Part shown: positions 40,401 to 47,020 of the stretch, one piece after another
Layout: each line of letters begins with the position of its first letter
How positions within the stretch are numbered: position 1 is the stretch's first letter
Assembly (NCBI GenBank): GCA_905215115.1
Contig: CAJMOP010000001.1
Span: 2,797-66,796 of the forward strand
DNA: 64,000 nucleotides
Direction of reading: 5' to 3'
From: an uncultured bacterium
GTDB taxonomy: Bacteria; Actinomycetota; Coriobacteriia; Coriobacteriales; Coriobacteriaceae
Position numbers and translations under genes: made by a program
Notes under the pieces: model-generated
Database searches by the model: none
The model's input: the letters and a program-made list of their open reading frames with translations, nothing else
Told to the model about the DNA's origin: nothing

Positions 40401-42746
40401 ATGGAAACGCTTGAACGCAACGAGTGGGCAGACGTTGCCCAACTAGTCGAGATCACGAGCGATGCTGTCATCATCTGCGAGCTCGACGGAACCATTCTGC
40501 ATGTGAATAATCGCTTACTTGGTTTGATGTGCGAGGAACGCGCCGACGTCATCGGCGGAGATGTTAAAGACGTCCTGTACTCGTCCGCTTTTGAACGTGC
40601 GACGGAACATCGTCTGCCATTTGAAACTGATGGCTCCGAGAACGAACTGATGCTCAAGCTGAGTGACGGCTCTTTTATTCCCGTCTTGGTTCGTGCGGGC
40701 TCCGTAACGCCTCCACACATCTTTGGGCGCCGCGCACCACGTGTCCTGGTGGCGCTTCACAGTATCGAGGAACAGTATTCTCACGACCGGCAACTCAAGC
40801 GTGCGCTTTCGGAGCTTAGAGTGGCGAACAAGCGCCTCTCTGGCACGCTCTCGGTCATTATGAGTACCGTGGGCTCCGATGAGCTGCCCAGCCTACTTGA
40901 TACCGTTTTGAACCAGCTTGTAGGAACGCTCGATGCTTCGGGTGCCGCTATCTATTTTTCTGAGAGCGGTGGTTTTAAACTTCGCGGTGTTTCCAAGGAG
41001 CTGTACGACAGCTACCTGCCTGAGTTTTTGCCGTATGGCGCTGGCATTCCGACGTATGTTCTTCGTGAGTCGCGTGCCTGTCGCTTGTCGATTCAACAGG
41101 ACCTTGAGGGTGATAAGGTCGCCTCCGGTATGTTCATGGATCTGGACAATCGTTCTAAGCACCTGTTGCGCATGCAGGATATGCCTCCGTACCGCAGCGA
41201 GATCTGTCTTCCCGTTTTTTACGGTACGCAGATCCTTGGCGTGCTGGAAGTTGGTTGGAAACGCCCTCAGGCACCGCTCGCCTATGACGTTAATGTGCTC
41301 GAGGTCATTTGCGATTACCTGTCTATCCAGCTGGTCGGCATGGCATCGAGCCTTCGCTCCCGTCGCACGGCCGAGCTTGGCCGCTCGCTCAATGTCTTGC
41401 GTGACGAGTTGTTTACCTTTCTAGACGATTCCGCCGCGGCTACCCAGGCGGTATCGTCCGAGATCTGCAATATGCTCAACTGCCATTTTTGCCCTATTGA
41501 GTATGACGCCAGTCTGGATTCCTACGTCATAGATTTTGAAGGCGGCAGTCGCGTTGCTTTGCCGGACGATCCCGAGAAGCTTTTCTTTTCCACGACGGCG
41601 CCAGCGGCACGTCTGGGGGCTGGCCCTGATGGCTTTGAGGCATCTGTTTTGGGCGGCACGAGCGCCGAGGACCTTAAACACGTCCGTATAACTCGCGTTG
41701 ACGAATCGATGCCTATGGGAGGCTGGCTTAGGGCGCATGGCCTGCCTTGCCAGGGTCTCTACGTCGACGCCGGCATCGAGGCGGGGCGCCCGCGCCCTGA
41801 GGGCGATGGCAAGCACAGTAACGACGCGATCGTTCCTGCTTCTGTTGCGAAGGGCCCGACGACGCGCGCGCTGCTGCTTCGTGATGGTAGCCAAGAGCCG
41901 ATTGATGACCTTGAATATGACTACTTGGTGCACTTGGCTCATGACTTTGAACTGATCTATGAAGGCGAATCTCAAAAGCGTGAGGAGCGCCATATCGCTC
42001 AGACCCTCCAGATTGGCATGAGAAATTCACTGGGGGATGTTCCGGGAATCGCCGCCGATTCGGTGTACCTGTCGGCCACGAACTCGGCGTTGGTCGGCGG
42101 CGATTTCTATACGCTCATCCGTCTTCCCGACGATTGCGCCGTCATGATTCTGGGCGATGTGTCTGGCAAAGGCATTGAGGCTGCATCGATGTCCGCGCTC
42201 GTCAAGACGGCCCTGACGGCATATGCCTGGGAGGGCGCTGGACCGGCCCGCATGGCACGCTCCCTTAACAGCATGCTCATGGGCTTTTCGAGGGTCGAGA
42301 CGTTCGTGACGGCCTTTATCGCCAAGATTGACCTTAAAGCCGGACGCGCAACGTATTGTTCGGCGGGCCATCCTCCGACCATGGTCATCAGGCCAGAGTC
42401 GATGCCGCTGGGTGGCGGCGAGGCCCGTGGGGGGGAGGTCGAGCTGCTTGGATGCCAATCGGGGGTAATCGGTGCCTTTGAGAGCATGGTATACGAGACA
42501 GGCGTGTTTACGTTCGCTCCTGGTGACATGCTATTTATGTACACCGACGGAACAATCGAAGCGCGTGACCGCTCGGGTGCTTTCTTTGGCGAGCAGCGCC
42601 TTCGCGACCTTCTGCTCTCTGTCTCGGGTGAGGGCGTGTCGGGCATTTGCGGCAAGGTCTTGGGCGAGCTTGACCGATTTACCGAATCGGCGCTGGACGA
42701 TGACATTGCATTGGTGTCCCTTGAGTTTTTACGGGGTCGTTCATAG
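40401..42746 (+). CDS. PAS/GAF-domain-containing PP2C (SpoIIE/RsbU-type) serine phosphatase
   Basis: C-terminal SpoIIE-type PP2C motifs (GGDFYTLIRL, ILGDVSGKGIEAA, MYTDGTIEA, DDDIALVSLEF). The N-terminal PAS-like and central GAF-like regions are judged by eye. ATG 40401 follows GGTGAGG. Confidence 0.75.
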   Translation: METLERNEWADVAQLVEITSDAVIICELDGTILHVNNRLLGLMCEERADVIGGDVKDVLYSSAFERATEHRLPFETDGSENELMLKLSDGSFIPVLVRAGSVTPPHIFGRRAPRVLVALHSIEEQYSHDRQLKRALSELRVANKRLSGTLSVIMSTVGSDELPSLLDTVLNQLVGTLDASGAAIYFSESGGFKLRGVSKELYDSYLPEFLPYGAGIPTYVLRESRACRLSIQQDLEGDKVASGMFMDLDNRSKHLLRMQDMPPYRSEICLPVFYGTQILGVLEVGWKRPQAPLAYDVNVLEVICDYLSIQLVGMASSLRSRRTAELGRSLNVLRDELFTFLDDSAAATQAVSSEICNMLNCHFCPIEYDASLDSYVIDFEGGSRVALPDDPEKLFFSTTAPAARLGAGPDGFEASVLGGTSAEDLKHVRITRVDESMPMGGWLRAHGLPCQGLYVDAGIEAGRPRPEGDGKHSNDAIVPASVAKGPTTRALLLRDGSQEPIDDLEYDYLVHLAHDFELIYEGESQKREERHIAQTLQIGMRNSLGDVPGIAADSVYLSATNSALVGGDFYTLIRLPDDCAVMILGDVSGKGIEAASMSALVKTALTAYAWEGAGPARMARSLNSMLMGFSRVETFVTAFIAKIDLKAGRATYCSAGHPPTMVIRPESMPLGGGEARGGEVELLGCQSGVIGAFESMVYETGVFTFAPGDMLFMYTDGTIEARDRSGAFFGEQRLRDLLLSVSGEGVSGICGKVLGELDRFTESALDDDIALVSLEFLRGRS

Positions 42747-42824
42747 ACGACGCTGGGCGGGCTGAATCCGTACGGTTGGGGAAACGAATGCATCGAGTGG
42801 GCTTTTTTGGGGAACCATGGTCGT

Positions 42825-43571
42825 ATGAATGAGTGGAATGACATAGCGGTTTTGACGCCACCAGGCGATATCGACATCGCCACGGTGCCTGCGCTGCGTC
42901 GGCGGTTGGATGCTTTGATTGGCCGCGGCGTGCGTCGTGTCGTCATCAACTGTCAGGCTGTTAGCTTTATCGATTCGACGGGCCTGGCATTCCTGCTTAC
43001 GCGCGCTCGTGAGCTCATGAGGCGAGAAGGCCTGCTTTCGCTCGTCAATGCATCAGGTGAAGTTGTTCGCTTTTTGGAGATTGCTCGTCTTGTCGATATC
43101 CTTCATGTCGCGGGGCCGGCACGGGAGTCTATTCCCGCCATTCCGGTGGGGGAGCTGCCTCGCTGGAGTAAGAGCGTCGAGGTCCGTCAGGGTATCGAGA
43201 ATCTTCCATACTACCGACATCGTATCGCCGAACTCCTTGAATCGCTTCCGTTGCGCCGTGACGAGCGCTACGATGTCGCATTGGCGTCGGGGGAGGCGCT
43301 GGGTAATGCCTATGACCATGCGGGCGGTATCGGGTGCGTCCTGACGGTTCAGGCCTATAGCGATCGCGTTGTGGTTGAGGTGCTTGATCGAGGTGCCGGC
43401 TATTCTATCGATGAAACGAGCGAACCGGTCGCATCAGAGGAGCGCGGCCGTGGTATCAAGCTTATGCGTATGCTCGTCGATAACGTGGAGGTTGCTCGTT
43501 GTACGGACGGCGCCGGCACGCGCGTGCAGATGGTGAAGCTGTTTAGCGGAGCGCTGGAATCGTGTGCCTAG
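42825..43571 (+). CDS. Fusion protein: STAS anti-sigma-antagonist domain plus RsbW/SpoIIAB-type anti-sigma serine kinase (HATPase) domain
   Basis: N-terminal STAS with phospho-acceptor context SFIDSTGLAFL. C-terminal kinase boxes EALGNAYDHA (N), DRGAGY (G1) and GRGIKLM (G2). Start ATG 42825 is preferred over the TTG in the ORF track. Confidence 0.7.
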   Translation: MNEWNDIAVLTPPGDIDIATVPALRRRLDALIGRGVRRVVINCQAVSFIDSTGLAFLLTRARELMRREGLLSLVNASGEVVRFLEIARLVDILHVAGPARESIPAIPVGELPRWSKSVEVRQGIENLPYYRHRIAELLESLPLRRDERYDVALASGEALGNAYDHAGGIGCVLTVQAYSDRVVVEVLDRGAGYSIDETSEPVASEERGRGIKLMRMLVDNVEVARCTDGAGTRVQMVKLFSGALESCA

Positions 43572-43635
43572 CCAATCGCTTTAGCGCGTTTAGCTACTAA
43601 GAACATGCGGCAGACAAGTTTTTTGAAAAAAGTAC

Positions 43636-43664
43636 TTGCGTCTTTTGGACAACTCGCGTAAATT
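43636..43664 (+). promoter_or_regulatory. Candidate promoter of the tRNA Gly-Cys-Gly cluster
   Basis: TTTTGAAAAAAGTAC-TTGCGT-N17-TAAATT, ending 12 nt before the tRNA 5' end. Confidence 0.6.
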
Positions 43665-43676
43665 AATAACCCGCAA

Positions 43677-43752
43677 GCGGACATGGCTCAGTTGGTAGAG
43701 CACAACCTTGCCAAGGTTGGGGTCGCGGGTTCGAGCCCCGTTGTCCGCTCCA
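43677..43752 (+). tRNA. tRNA-Gly (anticodon GCC), copy 1
   Basis: Acceptor GCGGACA/TGTCCGC, anticodon arm CAACC-TTGCCAA-GGTTG, and T-arm GCGGG-TTCGAGC-CCCGT. CCA encoded. Confidence 0.95.
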
Positions 43753-43786
43753 TTGCATTTCCGGACCGTTTAGGCGGTCCTTTTTA

Positions 43787-43860
43787 GGCGAAGTGGCCAA
43801 GTGGTAAGGCAGAGGCCTGCAAAGCCTTTACCCCCGGTTCGAATCCGGGCTTCGCCTCCA
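43787..43860 (+). tRNA. tRNA-Cys (anticodon GCA)
   Basis: Acceptor GGCGAAG/CTTCGCC, anticodon loop CTGCAAA, and T-arm CCCGG-TTCGAAT-CCGGG. CCA encoded. Confidence 0.9.
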
Positions 43861-43902
43861 GGCAACATCCGGGCGCTCCGGCGCCCGTTTTGTTTTACAT
43901 AT

Positions 43903-43978
43903 GCGGACATGGCTCAGTTGGTAGAGCACAACCTTGCCAAGGTTGGGGTCGCGGGTTCGAGCCCCGTTGTCCGCTCCA
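43903..43978 (+). tRNA. tRNA-Gly (anticodon GCC), copy 2
   Basis: 76/76 identical to copy 1. Confidence 0.95.
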
Positions 43979-43986
43979 ACTATCTT

Positions 43987-44013
43987 ACGCGGTTCTAACG
44001 AACCGCGTTTTTT
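43987..44013 (+). terminator. Rho-independent terminator after the tRNA cluster
   Basis: ACGCGGTTC-TAAC-GAACCGCGT followed by TTTTTT. Confidence 0.8.
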
Positions 44014-44310
44014 GTTGACGCTGCGCGGGCCCCGGGCACCCCATCTTGCCCCTCAATCGTCGGTCGCGTACATAAAGTACGCTTCCCTCCTCTTTCGCGG
44101 CAACCTGGGGCACCCGGAGCCCGCTCGCTGTCGTGGCCGGGGAGTAAGTCTTCCGTTCTTTTCACTAATCGATCGATTCGTCCCAGGAGGCTCGAACCCG
44201 AGAGGGAGCGAGCGTTTTGGGGCGTGGCTGTGACGTTTGCCGCGAATGTCCGCTTTGGGCGTATCATCGTGGGCATCTCGCAAAACCTCGTTGCAAGGGA
44301 GACTCATCCC

Positions 44311-46044
44311 ATGGCTACAGAAAAGTCCTCGTCGCGCCCATGGATGTCCGATGCCGCGATCTATCAGATCTACCCGCGCTCGTTTAAGGATTCGACTGGT
44401 TCGGGTCTGGGCGATATCGCGGGCATTACCCAGCAGATGGACTATCTTGAGCGGCTGGGTATCGAGGCCATCTGGCTGAGCCCGTTTTACCCATCGCCTC
44501 TTGTTGATGGCGGCTATGATGTGGCGGGCTACTGCGATGTCGACCCACGTCTCGGGTCGCTTGACGACTTCGATGACATGATCGCTGCGGCTCACGCGCA
44601 CGGCATCAAGGTCATCGTCGACATCGTGCCCAACCATTCGTCCAACCAGCACCCCTGGTTCAAAGCCGCTCTTGCCGCCGGCCCCGGATCACCCGAGCGC
44701 GCCCGTTATATCTTCCGCGATGGTCGCGGCGAGCACGGCGAGCTGCCTCCCACCAATTGGAATGCCAACTTTGGCGGCCCCGCCTGGACGCGCGTCGCGG
44801 ACGGTCAGTGGTATCTGCACATGTTTACGCCCGAGCAGCCGGACTTTGACTGGTCGTGTCCCGAGGTTCATGCGTTCTTTTGCGACGTCCTGGCGTTTTG
44901 GAGCGATCGAGGCGTCGATGGCTTTCGCATTGATGTGGCGCACGGTCTCGCCAAGGATCTCGACCGCGATGACCTCGACCGGTGGCATCTCGCCGAGGGC
45001 GATGACATGGTTGAGGACGGCACCCATCCGCTGTGGGACCGCAACGAGGTCCATGAGATCTATCGCGAGTGGCGCCGCGTGTTCGACCGTTATGATCCGC
45101 CGCGCAGCGCCGTTGCCGAGGCGTGGGTTCTGCCCGAGCGCCAGTATCTCTACGCACGCCCCAGCGAGCTTGGCCAGACATTCAACTTTGAGTTCGCCAA
45201 GGCCACTTGGACCTATGATGACATGCACGCTGCAATCGAGAAGGGCTTGAAGGCGGCCATCGAATCCGGTTCCGCCTCGACCTGGGTACTCTCCAACCAC
45301 GACGTGCCGCGCGTGGCGACACGCTATGCCCTGCCGCAAATCAAGGCGACGCGCTACCATCAGATTGCGCTCGACTGGCTCTTACGCGACGGGTCGTCTT
45401 ATGACGAGGACCGTGAACTCGGCGAGCGCCGCGCGCGGGCAGCCCTTTTGCTTGAGTTGGCGCTTCCGGGCTCGGCATACGTGTATCAGGGTGAGGAGCT
45501 CGGCCTTTTTGAGGTGGCTGACATCCCGTGGGCTGCACTCGAAGATCCCACTGCGACCAATACGCACGGACCGAAGTGCGAGAAGGGGCGCGACGGCTGT
45601 CGTGTGCCCCTGCCGTGGGTGGCAGCGGACGATCCCGCGCAGGGCGGATCGTTTGGGTTTTCACCGGCGGACGCCGATGCGGCGCCCCATCTGCCACAGC
45701 CTGCATGGTTTTCCGATTACGCTGCCGATAGGGAAGAAGCGGACCCGGCATCGATGCTTGCGTTCTATCGCGACGCCCTCTGGCTGCGGCGCAAGCTGCG
45801 CGGGTGCGCCAACGATCTTGCGTGGCTCGATCTTGACGGGTGCACCGGCCTTGCGGATGGTGCCGAGGGCGCTGAGGGCGGCGTCATCGCCTATCGCCGC
45901 GACAACGGCTGGGCGTGTGTGACGAACTTCGGTGCAGCACCCGTGGAGCTGCCGGCGGGTAGGGTCCTGCTCACCTCATCACCGCTTGCAGATGGCAGGC
46001 TCGCGCAGGACAGCTCTGCCTGGATCATGCTCGCTGAGTTGTAG
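44311..46044 (+). CDS. GH13 alpha-glucosidase (oligo-1,6-glucosidase / trehalose-6-phosphate-hydrolase-like)
   Basis: The four GH13 regions are present: VDIVPNHSS, GVDGFRIDVAHGL, AVAEAWV and LSNHDVPR. N-terminal IYQIYPRSFKDS. Confidence 0.9.
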   Translation: MATEKSSSRPWMSDAAIYQIYPRSFKDSTGSGLGDIAGITQQMDYLERLGIEAIWLSPFYPSPLVDGGYDVAGYCDVDPRLGSLDDFDDMIAAAHAHGIKVIVDIVPNHSSNQHPWFKAALAAGPGSPERARYIFRDGRGEHGELPPTNWNANFGGPAWTRVADGQWYLHMFTPEQPDFDWSCPEVHAFFCDVLAFWSDRGVDGFRIDVAHGLAKDLDRDDLDRWHLAEGDDMVEDGTHPLWDRNEVHEIYREWRRVFDRYDPPRSAVAEAWVLPERQYLYARPSELGQTFNFEFAKATWTYDDMHAAIEKGLKAAIESGSASTWVLSNHDVPRVATRYALPQIKATRYHQIALDWLLRDGSSYDEDRELGERRARAALLLELALPGSAYVYQGEELGLFEVADIPWAALEDPTATNTHGPKCEKGRDGCRVPLPWVAADDPAQGGSFGFSPADADAAPHLPQPAWFSDYAADREEADPASMLAFYRDALWLRRKLRGCANDLAWLDLDGCTGLADGAEGAEGGVIAYRRDNGWACVTNFGAAPVELPAGRVLLTSSPLADGRLAQDSSAWIMLAEL

Positions 46045-46145
46045 GGGGCCTCTTGCGGCGAGCTTGCGTTTGCCTACACCTTCCGTGGTGGCTGATGTCT
46101 TCGCGAGGTTCGCGAGGGCGTCGCAAAACTTTTCAAAAAAAGTTC

Positions 46146-46174
46146 TTGCATTTGGGTGGATCATCCCGTATATT
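46146..46174 (+). promoter_or_regulatory. Candidate promoter of the tRNA Gly-Val pair
   Basis: TTTTCAAAAAAAGTTC-TTGCAT-N17-TATATT, ending 12 nt before the tRNA 5' end. Confidence 0.6.
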
Positions 46175-46186
46175 AAATCCTCGCAG

Positions 46187-46262
46187 GCGGACATGGCTCA
46201 GTTGGTAGAGCACAACCTTGCCAAGGTTGGGGTCGCGGGTTCGAGCCCCGTTGTCCGCTCCA
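46187..46262 (+). tRNA. tRNA-Gly (anticodon GCC), copy 3
   Basis: 76/76 identical to copies 1 and 2. Confidence 0.95.
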
Positions 46263-46265
46263 TTT

Positions 46266-46340
46266 GGGCGTTTAGCTCAGGGGGAGAGCGCTTCCCTGAC
46301 ACGGAAGAGGTCAGAAGTTCAAATCTTCTAACGCCCACCA
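46266..46340 (+). tRNA. tRNA-Val (anticodon GAC)
   Basis: Acceptor GGGCGTT/AACGCCC, anticodon arm CTTCC-CTGACAC-GGAAG, and T-arm AGAAG-TTCAAAT-CTTCT. CCA encoded. Confidence 0.9.
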
Positions 46341-46348
46341 AATGTTCG

Positions 46349-46384
46349 CAGCCCAGAGGCATCGCCTCTGGGCTGTTTTGTTTT
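46349..46384 (+). terminator. Rho-independent terminator after tRNA-Val
   Basis: CAGCCCAGAGGC-ATC-GCCTCTGGGCTG followed by TTTTGTTTT. Confidence 0.85.
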
Positions 46385-46386
46385 AC

Positions 46387-46422
46387 GTCGCCAAATGGGT
46401 CGCCAAATACGTCACCAAATAT
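46387..46422 (+). repeat. Three tandem 12-nt direct repeats
   Basis: GTCGCCAAATGG GTCGCCAAATAC GTCACCAAATAT, immediately after the tRNA-Val terminator. Confidence 0.85.
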
Positions 46423-46748
46423 CGAGTTTTTGATCTTCCGGAATGCTTCTCAGTAGTCATCCGAGAAAACTCCCATCTTCTCCGTTTGCATGCACATATC
46501 TTTCAAGGATTCGTGCCGCGGTTGCATGGAGCTCGGCAAGGCACGACCGCAACATGTTGGTCAAGCATAATCTTTTGGATTCTTTTGGCGTGAGCGGCTT
46601 GGTTTTGGTAGGATTTGTCAGCGGCTTGACTAAGGGGGTTTTATAACTGCCATGCAGGTAGCCGTGTTGGTAACGTTTTACCGACTTGTCAAATACCCCT
46701 CATTTTTAATGCGTCTGCAAAATGACCAATTGCTTTGACCTGCTGAAA

Positions 46749-46764
46749 CACTATATGTTGTGTT
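46749..46764. promoter_or_regulatory. NrdR box upstream of nrdD
   Basis: ACACTATATGTTGTGT matches the remembered 16-bp NrdR palindrome acaCwAtATaTwGtgt at 15/16 positions. It is adjacent to TTGACC. Confidence 0.6.
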
Positions 46765-46780
46765 TGACCTAAAAAAAGAA

Positions 46781-46796
46781 TACAGGATATAGATGC
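46781..46796. promoter_or_regulatory. Possible second, degenerate NrdR box
   Basis: ATACAGGATATAGATG matches about 10/16 positions. It is centred 32 bp from box 1, the typical tandem spacing, and overlaps a putative -10 (TATAGA). Confidence 0.3.
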
Positions 46797-47020
46797 TTCT
46801 TTGTCGTATGATAGATGGCGGACAGAGAACGAAGACCTTAACTGCCTCTTTTGAACGTGTCCTTGAACCGCTTGATTGGCTCTAGGGAATGTCCGCATGG
46901 AGGCTTATGGTTTATCGAGAACACAGATTGCGCGACGGCGCCGCAAGGCAGGGGCAGGCCCTGCCGGGCATCGTTTGGCTCTGAAGCGCAATGAGGCTAC
47001 GACGCGAAAGAGGCAAGAGG

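Noticed and set aside
44180-44215. tRNA-like fragment (GGCTCGAACCCGAG) upstream of the GH13 gene, considered as a possible att-site remnant.
   Set aside because: No T-stem pairing or acceptor complement could be built on either strand. The similarity is limited to a TTCGA-like pentamer.
46457-46555. Minus-strand 32-codon ORF ending ...AARILERYVHANGEDGSFLG next to tRNA-Val. Considered as a C-terminal remnant of a tyrosine integrase (RY.H-like motif).
   Set aside because: The spacing to any HxLRH-like box is far too short, and the upstream in-frame sequence shows no integrase similarity. The resemblance rests on four residues only.
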